Assembly: GCA_028534125.1 (NCBI GenBank)
Contig: CM052817.1
Location: 30,196,001 to 30,260,000 of the forward strand
Direction of reading: 5' to 3'
Length of the DNA: 64,000 bases
Source of the DNA: Lama glama
Taxonomy: Eukaryota
Part shown: positions 51,086 to 64,000 of the stretch, one piece after another
How positions within the stretch are numbered: the stretch's first letter is position 1
How the letters are laid out: each line of letters opens with the position of its first letter
Notes under the pieces: generated by a model
Database searches by the model: none
The model's input: only the letters and a program-made list of their open reading frames with translations
Told to the model about the DNA's origin: nothing
Position numbers and translations under genes: made by a program

Positions 51086-53785
51086 GTTTCATTAAAAGAA
51101 CATTTTCAAAGCACCAATACTTTCTATTGGGCAATTAAAAAATCACTTACATACATTACAGAATAGCAGTCCCTATCTTGCACTCCATGTGTGTTAGAAA
51201 GAAATCTGAAGCCCAGAAGTGCATGTATTTGGAAGACCGAGAATTCGATGGGCATGACATTTTCTAGCCAGATAAAAATACACATGCATATGTCTGTATG
51301 ACTCATTCCACACGACTCAAAATTGCTGGAGAGTGGGTGTAGCTATGAATATTACTGCACAATGTAGTTTTCAAAGAAAAAAAAACAAATTTGGCAGCTT
51401 CCAATCTTCCTGAGGAACTTTAGATTAATTGAAATTTTAATTAATAAAATATCCAACTAAAAATGCATTGAAGGCATGTCGTGGTAGAGAACAAATGAGG
51501 GAGAGAACCAAGGTGATAACTGTTCTATAAATGCGCAGTTTTCATCTGTCTAACTACATTCTAACTAAGGTAGGCCATGTCTCAGCCAGTAAATTGAAAT
51601 AGCAATTGACTTTTTTGGGGGCAGTACTTCAATTTCATTGTATTTCATATTCAACTTGTGAGATCTGAGTTGTCCAAATTGTTTTTTCAATTTCAAACAT
51701 CTCTTTGTAAATTGTGACTTGATTATTAGTTGTGAGTAAGCCCGTTTTTAACAGATGAGAAAAATAATATAGAGGTCCTTAATAAGTATCATTTTTCCTT
51801 ATGTGTTTCCATAAGTGTTTCCTTATGCCAGGTACTTTGGGGAGTGACTTTACATGCATTATCCCTTTTAAACCTAAAAGAAAAACATATAAACTTCTTA
51901 TTATGATTATCCTTTTTTTTTTTTTGCAGGTGAAAAAAACAAATAGTATGGTGTATGCTACACAGCTAGTAAATGACTGTGTCCCAGGTTTGTCTGATGC
52001 CAGGTTCCTTCTCTAAACTAGTATGATACTCAGCACCTCTGTAAAAAGGATTATTTTAATTTAACAAAGGTCATGGGGCCATTAAAATTAAAACATGGAT
52101 GAGAGAGATGGTATAAAAGTATGTCCACAGGGGTTTAAACATGTATGTGAAGGTTAATATATAAACAATCATGTATTTATACAAATGCAGTTTATTCACT
52201 GTATATTCTCATTTTATAAAAATTGCCCCAGTGATTCACTCAACTCTAAAGCAAAGCCGATATTATTATTTTTTTCACAAAGGCTTATACAAACATAGTA
52301 ATGTACAGAAGTTGTGTAGGAAGCTTGTTGTCGGAAAGTTTATAAATGGACTAAATTTTATCTATAACAGAGCCCAGTGCACAGATTTTTGTCTTTGTAA
52401 ATCACCATATAGAAATTTTTAAAAACTAGATGGTTATTAAAGCTTTAAGTCCAGCCAGACCGATAGTGAATGAACCCACTTCATGAGGCCATGGCTCTGT
52501 GAGGGAGAGAAAAAAGGATAAAGATACAGAAAACAACCTCCATGGTTCATTTCAGTGCATCTTAATAGTCAAGGCCAGTCACTGCAGCTTTTGCTACAGG
52601 TATTGATTACGAAACTGGCACTGTGAACCGGAAAGGCTTCGCTGGCTGCCCTGCCATCCATTTTATTGACTTAGGCATAAGTGAGCTTCAGTCAGCAGAT
52701 ATTTGCTTTGCTCAACATGAGCAACATGCTTTGCTCATGTTGAGCAAAGCAAAAAGCAAACAAGAAAGCAGAACTACTTTTCGCTAATGTTTTTTGTGCT
52801 CTTCGAAGGTTTCATAGGTTTCATTGACAAATTTACAGCTGTCTGTACATTTGCGCTCTGCAAAATGCTTCACATTGATCTCACCTCTCCCGACTTCATA
52901 TAGCTCAATTAATCTGCATAAGACGTTTAGCTTTTACTATTAGTCAGAGTTGAATTTTCCAGTTGTTCACAACTGTTCTTCACAACTGTTCTTCTTTCCT
53001 CAAATAGTAAACACTCCCCAATAGTAAATATAAGCTTATCAAGGGCAGGGTGTGTCATGTTAATTCATTTACTATTGCATTAAAGGTGCTATTTTTTCAT
53101 ACAAAAAGGATTTATTATCATAAAATTATTCAGTGTTAACACATCCTTTTACTATTTTAAATTAGAAAAAGTTACTCAACCGTTGTGAACTTCAGTTTTT
53201 TTCATCTTTAAAATGTGGATTGTCAAAGTGAATTGTAATGATAGTGAAAATTAAATGAAAAAATTTCTGGAAAGTGCCTAAAACATGGTCTGGAAGATTC
53301 TCAGCCCACAGTGGTCCTTGCATTTCCTTGAGTAAGGTCCTGGTAAATGCTGAATTGGATGTTAACAACTGGTTAGTTTCATCAGAATGGTCAAATAAAT
53401 GATCTTTTGAAACATAGCTATTCACTGCTCTAACTCCTTAATAAATTTGGACTCTAAAACTGAAAATAAGCCTTGCTCACTTGATATACTTAGGAAAATA
53501 TGTCAGATGTGGTGTAGAAAGTACTTTTGGAAAAGGGAGAAGGAAGTGAAAGAGGACTAAAGGTGGAAGGGGTATAGAAGGGGAGGGACTGTGCCCTGAC
53601 CAGTGATGACAGCGCAACACAGCCTGAGAGTTATGATGAACTCAACTCCATTTCAGAGAAATCAGGAGGGGAGAGGAAAAAAACCAACAACAACAGCAAG
53701 GACAAAAGTACATTCATCTTGTTTACAGACACCAAGAAAAATAAATAAATACAGCATATCCATATGTGAGTAAAGATAGTAAATA

Positions 53786-53931
53786 CAGTTGACCCTCGAA
53801 CAAAATGGGTTTGAACTGTAGGGGTCCATTTACATGTGGATTGTTTTCAATAGAAAAACTATAAATTATACAGAAATCTTTGACTGCTTAGAGGGTTACC
53901 TCCCAACCCCCACACTGTTCAAGGGCAACTG
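53786..53931. mobile_element. Tigger3/MER7-like Tc-mariner MITE
   Basis: TA|cagttgaccctcgaaca...tgttcaagggcaactg|TA: imperfect terminal inverted repeats with TA target duplication. Confidence 0.85.
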
Positions 53932-56900
53932 TACATGTTTTTATAGAGTCTATATAGTATCTCCCTCTCTCTCTCTCTCTCTGGCTATTCATGTTACTGC
54001 CAAGGGTGAGTAATACAGGACATTCAAACTATGTTCTTCTTTAATTTGCACAGCTATTTCAGTCTCTTACCTTCGACCTTTCCCCACAGACTGTGTATAT
54101 AGAAGACAGACTCACAACTTTTACTTGTCTCCTCTAAACAGTGACGTACATCAATTTCATTGAGGAAAAAAAAGTGATTCCTTCTAAACGCGGACTTAAA
54201 GTAGAGAGTGAAACGTTTAGATTCCACCACAAAGGGTAATTTATACTTACATAAAATATTTTAAAATCCCACCATGACTTTAAGAAGGAAATATTTTCCT
54301 TTAAGGACTTAAGTCAGAAGTTTTAGTGGCATTCAATTATTTATAATAAGGAACACAAAACAACATGGAAATCAGAGTGGCGTGGGCACTGAGCTAAGAT
54401 TATTTTGAACAAAAAGAGAATGCACTTGATGTAAACTATAATAATGATGCTATTTTATATCTCTATGAAAAGATTTTTTACAGGCAAACATCCATGATCT
54501 ATATTCTATTATTAATAAAATCACCTCATTTATTACTCTTATAGAAATAAAGGTCTGTTCTTCAGCAAAAAAGGACTATGTATCCAAGCACAATAGCAGA
54601 ATATTTCTGAGAAGAGCTTCCATCATGGTTTTTATCTATGCTGCCCTTTCAGCACAAAACATCGAGGAGACAAGACACTGAAAACAAAGAGCGATGCTGA
54701 CTGTTTCTCACGTGTTAGTCAAAATGAAACCTTAAATATCCTCTTTCAGAGTGTAGAGCGATCACTCACTCTCCACAGAACATACCTGGGATAATATTCC
54801 TTTAAAAATATTTTTTTTTAATTTACAATTTTACATTGTGCCAACTCATTTTCAGCGAAGAGACAAATTTAAACCAATGTCTTGATAAATATATAAAATC
54901 CAAGCTATGGAGGCAAAGTTGTATGTGTTTTAAACCTTAGGTTATTAATCTTCATTTTATTGTCTCCCCTCTTAAAAAAAAAAGCCCAGAAATGTTAATG
55001 GAGCCTCTGCATATCTTTTGTGAAATTATTCACTGAATAAAGAGAATAGAGTTGTACAGTGAATATATTGACTTGCATGGATTTTAGATTTAGATTTAGA
55101 TTTGCTTAAGCATAAAAAGTATAAATTAATAAGAAATGAAGTATTCCCTATAAAATTGTGATTTATAATTATAGAATTATGCTCTTAATGGAAGAGCTTT
55201 CTATTTTTAATATTTGATAATAAATTGTAGAGGAAATTTTCCACCAATTTGTCCATAGATTAGTAAGTTTTAATGTAGTTGTGATGAAAAGGAATTTGCT
55301 AAGATTGAGGTGGTACCAAGAGAAGTCTGACACCTATAGTAAAACAACTTAGAAGGCTGCATTAACTCAGTGGTCTAGGGACAATGTTCCTTCACATAAA
55401 TATGGGTTACAGATGCTTAGGATTCATGCGTGAAGATCCTTGGTCACCAGACCTAAATGCAGGATCCTCACCCAAATGATTCTGCCTCAGGTTGTCCTTT
55501 GACCACACTTTGAGAAATTGCTTTAGATTCTGACCCCCACCCTTACAGACTCAGAAAGATGAAAAAAAATTAAGTACAGCAAGTATGGATCTGTCTGGAA
55601 CAGATGCATACCACCCAAGTGCACGGGAAGCAATATGCATAACAAAATGCTAACATATTAGTTAAAATGGAAACTAGAACTCATGCCAAGCAGCACACTA
55701 AGGTCACTCAGGCAGGCAATTATAATCAGAAAGCTGCTTAGAAAGTATAGATTCAAAGCAAGATGATCTATGAGATTCAAATAAAATGGCATCAAGGTAT
55801 AAACTGTTACTGATCTCACAAACAATCCTGTAAATTATGCCGAATTGTTATTGCCATCTCCATTTTTGTGAAAAATATGAATCTATACAAATGTACAAAG
55901 GACAAAATAATCCTCTGTATTTCCATCACTCAGAATTGCCAAATGTTAAAATTTTAGTATGTTTCATTCTTAAATACTTGAGTTCCTTGATACTTAAATT
56001 TACGTAGTTTATGTTATACATATGATAAATGCATATACTGTCCCTTAGCTTATTCAACATTACAAAGTCCCTAGTGAAAGCCCCTTAGTCCCTTCTCTCA
56101 TTTGTAGTACATTGCAAGTTGTTTTCTTGAGTCATGCATAAGCTGTCAGGAGTAATGTTCATTTGTACGAAACTACTGAGGTGTCTGTTGCCATACTGTC
56201 ACTGTCACTGTCAGCTGTTGACTCACTCGGCTGCTACTGTCCATTTCGAATGTATCCACGAATATTGACAGCATGCTTACTCACTGTAGCAGCCAGAAGG
56301 ATATCTTATATTTGTAGATACAAACGAATAATAGATGAGCAAAGTTTCATGTAAAGATATTACAACTAGTAACTCATTCCAAAGACATGAACATAAACAG
56401 CAAGAGTTTAGCAAGTAAAAGAATCAGAAATGCCACACCTGAAAAAGAAGCTTACATTTTAATCAGAAAAAACAAGTTTGATATATAAAAGGATATAATC
56501 TTTAGATGACAGAATAAAAAATTTGCATATCTACTATGGTTCTAAAATAAGAGCATCACAGCCTAAAATGGAGATGGTTAAGAAAGGCTTTTTGGGAGAG
56601 GGGGATTCTGACCTAAATCATGGTGGTCCTGGGCAAAAATCAGTGAAGAGGAAATGGGAGATGTTCTTTGCTGAGAGCGCAGCGCACGAAGTCACTAAGG
56701 TGGAGATGAACCGGCTTTGTGTGGGCCTTGTCACGACACCACCTGGACTATGGCTCATAACAATTCTTGAGGAGATTTAAAAAATTGGTGAGCTGTTTAA
56801 TAGACTTTAACAGTAGACATTTTAAAAATGATTTTCACAGGTTAGCTTTTCTTCAATGGTGTTTTGTAAAACATTGATGTTAGATATGAATGCTAACCCC

Positions 56901-57548
56901 CTCCTCCTGCAAAAGAAGAAAATATTCTGCTTGGGAACTGCCACCTACCATATGCCTTCATGACAATTTACAGTATTACCATATTGTAGATTCTATGGGG
57001 TTGTGTCACAAGGAAACGTCTTCACATTTGTTCCCTTAAGACACTGAATTCTTTTTTCGAATGATTAGTAGATTTTTGGTTTAGTTAGATTTGCAGAAGA
57101 TGGTGGGAATGAGTATAGATTCTTGAACCAGTGTGCATCATGGTAAAAAAAATCATGCTCCAGAGGCTGGAGCCTGCTGGAGGAAATGTGCGCAGGTGGA
57201 GAGGGGAAAGGAGGATTGTGTCAGGAAGTTGGTAGAGTGGCTAATGCCCTAGTGAGGTGTGAGTCAATGAGGATGAGACCTGCACGGTGCAGAGGAGATG
57301 ACAAGGAAAGGTGCAATCTGAGAGACTAGGAGACAAAGGAAAAGAACATACCAATTACTTGGATATAAAGGAATGAACGAAAGGGAGGGTCAAAACCAGC
57401 CCTGTGTTAGTAAACACCTACCAGCCTTTTCTCTTCATTGTCTTCAAAAGGCAGAAAGGGATTAAAGAACTCAGTGGGGGCAAAAATATAGTTCTATGAA
57501 TGGGTATGTAGATGCTGTGCAGAATAAAAGTAGAGTTAATGAATTCAA

Positions 57549-57752
57549 CAACAAGGACCTACTGTATAGCACAGGAAACTGTATTCAATTTCTTATAATA
57601 ATATATAATATATATTATATATATATAAAGAATCTGAAAAATAGATATATATATATGTGTATGTATATGTGTAACTGAATTGCTTTACTGTACACCTGAA
57701 ACTAACATTGTAAATCCACTACACTGCAATAAAAAGCAAAATTTTAAAAATA
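57549..57752 (+). mobile_element. Cetartiodactyl L1 3' end with perfect 13-bp TSD
   Basis: caacaaggacctactgtatagcacaggaaac...tgtacacctgaaactaac...caataaaaa; TSD ttaatgaattcaa at 57536-57548 and 57753-57765. Confidence 0.9.
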
Positions 57753-57827
57753 TTAATGAATTCAAATAGAGTGGAATATAAATAGTAAATTAATCAGGGT
57801 GATGTTCCATGAATGTTGGGTCATTCA

Positions 57828-58025
57828 TTATATATGTGTGTGTGTGTGTGTGTGTGTATGTATCTGTTCTATATACAAATAAATATTACTATTTATAAAT
57901 AAATTCACCTTACTATATAAATAATACCACCTTATCATCATACACATATACATACATGTATGCACAGATATATATATGTATGTGTGTGTTATATATATAT
58001 ATATATATATAACACACACACACAC
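57828..58025. repeat. Compound (TA)/(TG)/(CA) low-complexity microsatellite cluster
   Basis: Directly visible dinucleotide runs. Confidence 0.85.
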
Positions 58026-58357
58026 AATCAGCTTTTTGTATCCAAGGGTCCTGTACCTGTGGATTCCACCAACCACAAATCAAAAATATTCAGGAGAAAA
58101 AAAATTCAGGAAAAATTTCCAGAAAGTTCCTAAAAGCAAAACTTGAATTTGCCACATGCCCTGCAACTATTTACATATCATTTGCATTGTGTTAGGTATT
58201 GTAAGTAATCTAGAGATGATTCAAAGTATATGGGAGCCTCTGTGTAGATTATATACAAATATGATGCCATTTTATATAAGGGACTTGAGCATCCACAAAT
58301 TTTAGTATCCTTAGGGTGATCCTGGAACTAATGGCCATGGATACCAAAGGATGATAT
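58025..58357. mobile_element. MER2-like Tigger DNA transposon
   Basis: gtggattccaccaaccacaaatcaaaaatattc...gtaatctagagatgattcaaagtatatgggag...ttttatataagggacttgagcatcc. Confidence 0.85.
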
Positions 58358-61300
58358 ATTAATAGTATGTTAAATAATATTTTTCTGTTTTTGAACTGTA
58401 AGGATTGGAACTCAAAGAAAGGAGATTTTAATATTGAGGTAGAAGACATATAAACAGGAAAATATACATAAAATAAATATAGAAAACATATACTAAAGTT
58501 TATAATTCATGGCTTAGTGTTCATAGGAAAAAATGGTGCTACAATTAATTTTTCTTGAGGCATGTGATGCCACAAAATGTAAGAGGGAAAAAACATAAGA
58601 TTCTCTATCCACTGCCAGGCCTGGTGTCCTGTGGAATGACACAGTGAGAGAAGTCAGGCAATAGTAATTTCAATCACTTCAAGATTGATCTATTTTCAAT
58701 TGCAAGCTCAGTCTGGTAAAAGGTGTTATAATGGCAGCTTGAGATTCTGGACGTAAAGTAGACCACGAGAAGCAGTAATTTAAAGTTGTCTACACCTAAT
58801 CCTCTACCTTGATGGAGAGAGAATCACTATGGGCATTCAATTATTGGACTCCTTTTTTTGTTTACACTAATGCTACTTAACTTGAATTTTGCCTGTAGAG
58901 TGAAGGGTCCTTTGTGTAATTTTTATCTATGCCTTCAGTAGATAAGATATACAGGGTGTTATCCTTCAGTTACAATAATGTGACACTAAGCCATCGTCAC
59001 TATGGCACTAGGAAATGTACAGTATTTATGTAGATGATATTATCAACAATGTGTAGAGCACTTTACCACTTTACAAAGTTCTCTACCTCATTACTATCTC
59101 ATTTGGTATTTGACAATAGCATTATGTTTTAAATTATAGACAACTGATTGAGTGCTTCCTCATGACTGTGGCAAGCACTATGTAGCTCTACGCTTTATAG
59201 CAGGAATTTTTCAGTCTTGGATCAAGCATATCATCCTGAGTGTTAAGTTCACACAGTACTGTTTTCCTTTTGTTAATAAACAACATGAGCTCATTCTGCA
59301 TTACCTGAATGATCATCTTACAACTGAATACTGATACATTTCAGGTCCTGCTTCGGAATTTAAGGTTGCAATCACACATTTCCTACCAAGTGAGACCCTA
59401 AAATAATAACATTTAACATTAAATGCAACACTTCTCAAACTGAAGTCCAAAACCCAGATAGCTGTAGATATATTCTTGAAATGCTGAATACTTGGGGTAC
59501 AGATTTCAGTTTCAGAGAACAGAATCCCCTGAAGTTAGTTTAAGTAGAAAAAGATTTAGTGTAGAAAATCATTAAGTGATTTTCAGAATCCCAAGGAAGT
59601 CAAAAGAAATGCGATCTTTTGGAATGATTCCCAAAGATGCAACAGAAATAGGCTGCCAAGGGAAATGCTGCTGCTCCACCATGAAGGTGCTGCCTGCGGA
59701 GACGGCAAACTGATGCCACAGCTCCTGGCTGGAGACGCACACACCCTTCCCTACGATACACACCAGCACTCAAGTGTATTGGATCAGTGTATTGACGGTA
59801 TCTTTGTGTGTCCTCCAGACACAGAGTTTAGCATGAAGGAGATGATCAACTAATATTTATTAGCGATGAATGGGTATTCTTTTTCCTCTATTTAAATTAA
59901 TGAAAGTCCTTCTGGGCAAATGCCTACAGGAATTCAGAGAGTTAATCATGGCCACGGAGAAAGGCGGAATAGCAACACGGTTAGACATATTGGGTTGTAA
60001 ACTTTTGTTATTGTTTAATGTAATCAGCCCCCGTGATACAACATAATCCCTGAAACTTCAGTGACTTAAGAGAGTGGTAGTTTATGCTTTACACGTGAGT
60101 GAACATTACAGGCAGCAGGAGGAATGAGGGTTACCCTGCTTCTTAGCTCATTCAGGGACCAGAGACGTCAGGAGAAAGGCACTGACGATAGCTAAAACTG
60201 CAGCCCAGATCAACCACTTGATGCCTGGGGAGGTGAAGGTGTCAAAGGTCCAGGCCTTGAAGTGATGCAATAGCTTCCATTCACCGCCCCTCATTGACAA
60301 GCATGATCCTACATCTCCACGTGACTACAGCAAAGCCAGCGAGTACAGCAGAGCTGTTTATTTTATCTTCAGGAGGAATAGGAAATAGATTTAGATGAAA
60401 ATAGCTGATGTTGTGACAGTGTTGGAAAAGAAACCACAGCATTTGGTTTATAAAAACCATTATGTTAAATTGTATCATGAATGCTCTTTTTGAGAGATGG
60501 TCATGAATAATATAGACAAAAACACTATCTGTAAAAGCAGGAACAGTAGGACTTTAAATATCCCTCTGTGACCACAGTGTTGGGGCTTAATACATCTTTG
60601 GACAGTCAATAAACAGCTTGTCGAGATTTCTTTTCCACATCACACACCAAGGTCATTCCCTCTGCACTAAGTATCAAAGCATTTTCCAAGGGAAGCAGGT
60701 TATAGTTGCCGCCTCCCCCTAAATTAGCTATTTTCTGCTTCTTGTCAAAGTGTACTCCTCCTCCATCAATTAGCTGTGTTTCATGGGAGTGTTATTTAAC
60801 TGACACTGATATAAATTTTCAGTCTCTAAGTTGGAAACTTAAAAGAGATTAATGTTGAATCTAAGTGAAGATATGCAAAACCCCAAAATAATAAATGAGA
60901 ATTGTGAAGAGCCGAAAGAAATCCAAGGGCATGTGATGGGTAAAGCCTTGTAGAAAAGAAGCAAAATTCTATAGATGATGTACATGTTCGCTTTTATACA
61001 TTTTGTCCTTCTAGCCTTAGCATGTTTTCAAGAAAACAGACCATTTTAAGTGGACCCACAAATACGATTTTTCAAAGAAATTCTTAATTATTTTCACTTA
61101 TTTGCTTAGTATGGCATATTTACCTTCCATCAGCAATAAATCACGTCAGATGTAAGAACCACTAACTTTTTTATTGTCACTGGCGTAGTTAAATTCAAAA
61201 TTCAAGTGTCCATAGATGAGTAACACAAAGTTAGAGATTTTGCTGGGCTAGAGAGGCTTTCCCAGCAGAAAGATCTGGCTTTTCACTGGGATTCCGTAAG

Positions 61301-61369
61301 ATGTCAATGTGTATAGACCATTACACGTTAAGGTGATAATTGAAACAATTTTTATTCATCTTTCACCAT

Positions 61370-61800
61370 TCACTATCCAATATTCTGGGATATAGCAGGG
61401 ATGAAAAGACTGGTAAGGAGTCTGCATTCATGGATTTCCAGTTCCAGTGCAGTAACAGACAGTAGGAATATAAATAGACAAATGAAATAAAGCAGATAGT
61501 AATACGTTCTTGGAGGAAATAAGACAGAGGAATGTGCTAGAGACTGACGGTGGTGGCGTACAACATTACACAGAGGAGTTAGGAAAGCTCTCTCGTGAGG
61601 TGACATCCATGCTAAGATCTGAACGACAGAGTTGTCAGCCATGTGAAAATCTGGAGGAAAGGCTCTCCAGGGAGAAGCCAGTCTGGAGGCCGTGATGACA
61701 GAATCAGCTTGGTTTATTTGCAGAATCGAGAGACAGGGAAGGTGGCTAGAGACTAGAATGAGGGGGAAAGGGCTGGGGAAGAGACTGAAAAGGAAGCCTG
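61370..61800 (-). mobile_element. L2 fragment
   Basis: ttctgggatatagcagggatgaaaagac...ggagttaggaaagctctctcgtgaggtgacat...agatctgaacgacagagttgtcagccatgtgaaaatctgg. Confidence 0.65.
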
Positions 61801-62084
61801 GGTACCATCTTTAGCAATGATTCCCTGGTCCCTCTGCTTGACGGGAGGCCTCCAGAGAAAGGCAGCTATCTGGAACTAATGATATAAGAATATTCTTAGG
61901 TATGCTACATGTGAGTTATTTTTCTTTATGTTAATTTTTCTCAAATATGGCTATATCTATTCGTTTTAGAACTTTTAGAAAATACAGCAAAGTATAAAAA
62001 CTCAAAATTATCTTAAATCCCAAACCTGCAAGTAACCACTATGAGGCTTTTCTTTTTATGCTTACTTTTCCTAGGTGTTTAGGG

Positions 62085-62405
62085 TAGAGGCCAACAAACT
62101 CTTTTTGCAAAGACCTAAATGGTAAATATTTTAGGCTTTGCAGGTTATATGACTTCTGTCACCACTACTCAGATCCACTGTTGTACCTGAAATCAGCCAA
62201 AAACAAATGTAAATAAAAGGATCATGACTGTATTTCTGATAAAATTTTATTTATGGACACTTAAATTTGTATTTCATACAATTTTCATGTGTGACCAAAT
62301 ATTATTCAACCCTGTAAATATTCTGAAGAGCGTTCTTAGCTGGCTGATTGTACAAAGACAGGCAGCCAGCCAAATTTAATGAGGGCCATATCAAGCCTAC
62401 CCTTA
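62085..62405. mobile_element. MER58B-like hAT-Charlie DNA transposon
   Basis: gtaaatattttaggctttgcagg...tctgtcaccactactcag...ataaaattttatttatggacacttaaatttg. Confidence 0.75.
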
Positions 62406-62819
62406 GTTTAGACACATAGATGTATATATTGCTTTGTCCATCTATCTGCATATATATATGCATGATATAAACAATTAATTTAAAAAAATCAAGACCAAAT
62501 GATATATACTTGTTTTAGAAACTTTTAGTCTCATTAATTTCTGTCGCATTCTATGGCTGGTGAAAAGAACATATGTCCCCTCTCTTTTGCTGCTACCCAG
62601 AACCATATGGCTAGTTGAGTTTACTGGGTGAGGTACGGAAGACTGAGGGTGAAGCCTGAAGTCTCTGATGGAGCGGGCAGGGCCACCACAGCAGAGCAGA
62701 CTGAGGCCCTGAGTCTCCTCTTGCACAGCAGATGTTGAATGAAGGAGAAATGAATCTGTATGCTTTAAGCCTCTGACCTTTTGATATGTTATTGCAGCAG
62801 ATCCTAATCTAATACAGTG

Positions 62820-63660
62820 TTGCTTGTATCTGACGTTTAGCCTTTAATAATGTATTCTGAAAAATCATCTTTCAAAACAGCATGTTGAGGGCAATAAAAT
62901 GTTTCATTATTAGCATCCGCTATAATGTGTATAGCCAATCATTTAATTACTTTTTCAGACTTGAGTTATTTTCTGATTTTTGCCCAGTATCAACTCAGCC
63001 ATAGTAAAAAGATCTGTGGATAAATATCAATATTTTATTCTTATGTATTTATGAATTCTGGAAATAGAATCATTCAGATAAAGTGCTGAATATTTTAAGG
63101 ACCACTGATAAATATTCGCAAATTATTCATCATACAGTTTGTGACAATTAAAACTCTTGTTGGCCATATATGTTCTTTAACCACTTTATTATCATTAGTC
63201 AGTATGTCAGTATGGTTTTTAAAATATTGTTTGAGGTACTTCTTTGTACCAGTTTGCATTTCTTAACTAGTAAGGTTGAACTCTTTTCATATTTTTATTG
63301 GTCTCTTGAGTTTCCTTTTTTATACATAGTTCATTCCGGTCCTTTGCTCCTTCCTCGACTGAGGTATTCATCTGTTTCTTAGTGATTGATAATATTATCT
63401 TTTCATCAATAGTGGTACTTTATCTACCCTTTGCCATATCTGCTACAACTAATATTCTAGGGTTTCATTTGCCTGTTATTTTACTTAATGTGGTATATTG
63501 TCCTCATGTATGTAGGTTTTTTTTTAAGTTGGTTTTTTAAGTCTGTCAGTTTCTTTTTTATGATTTTTTTCATTCATTTTTATGCTTATGATGTTCTTTT
63601 CCATCTCAAGACTGATTCCTATCTGCTAGTGCGTTCTTGTTCTTCTGTAGTTTTATTTTT
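62820..63660 (-). mobile_element. Highly degraded old L1 (L1M-type)
   Basis: T-rich sequence with tttgcatttcttaactagtaaggttgaactcttttcatatttttattgg, typical of antisense L1 ORF2 3' region. Confidence 0.55.
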
Positions 63661-63666
63661 ACCTTT

Positions 63667-64000
63667 AGTGGTAGTCAAAGGATGCCCTCCCAAAGGTGCC
63701 CATGTCTTAATCCACAATCCTGTGAATATGTTATCTAGGATGGCAAAAGGGACTTCACAGATGTGAGTAAGTTAAGAATATTGAGATGGGGAGATTATCT
63801 TGGATTATCCATGTAGGACCAATGTACTCACAAGGGTCCTCATAAGAGGGAGGCAGGAGTTTCTGGTCAGAGAAAGAGATATGATGATGGAATCAGAGGT
63901 CATACTGATGTGACCACTAGTCAAGGAATGCAGGCAGCCTCCAGCAGCTGGAAAAGGCAAGGACAGATTCTCCTCAAGTGTCTCCACAGGGATGTGGCTC
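63667..64000 (+). mobile_element. MaLR MLT1 (C/D-like) LTR, truncated by window end
   Basis: cctgtgaatatgtta...ggcaaaagggacttcacagatgtg...ttgagatggggagattatcttggattatcc...agctggaaaaggcaaggacagattctcc. Confidence 0.85.

Noticed and set aside
12800..64000. Additional protein-coding genes or a novel multi-gene system upstream of GABRA2
   Set aside because: No ORF or exon resembling a cellular protein was recognised. The short ORFs fall in repeats or AT-rich DNA. Very small exons cannot be excluded by eye.

Overview
Mammalian genomic DNA, most likely camelid (alpaca/llama/camel): it has a Vic-1-like tRNA-Ala-derived SINE and cetartiodactyl-type L1 tails, and I saw no Alu, BovB or PRE-1. The window holds the 5' end of GABRA2 (GABA-A receptor alpha-2 subunit) on the minus strand: a CpG-island promoter (~11.06-12.36 kb), a non-coding first exon with a long (TC)n tract, coding exon 2 (CDS 10415-10485) and coding exon 3 (7695-7810). 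Intron 3 runs off the left edge. The remaining ~52 kb is gene-poor upstream DNA rich in L1, L2, MIR, MaLR/ERV LTRs and DNA transposon relics, with a 500-N assembly gap flanked by a probably artefactual 199-bp duplication. None of the ORFs in the supplied track is a real gene; the true exons are not listed there. I see no evidence of a novel multi-gene system. The most notable oddities are a perfect 23-bp hairpin, a 5'-intact/3'-truncated L1 bounded by a TSD, a CCAAT/octamer-rich solo LTR 6 kb upstream of the promoter, and a composite LTR with an internal polypurine tract. Repeat family names come from recalled consensus sequences, and boundaries without TSDs are approximate.
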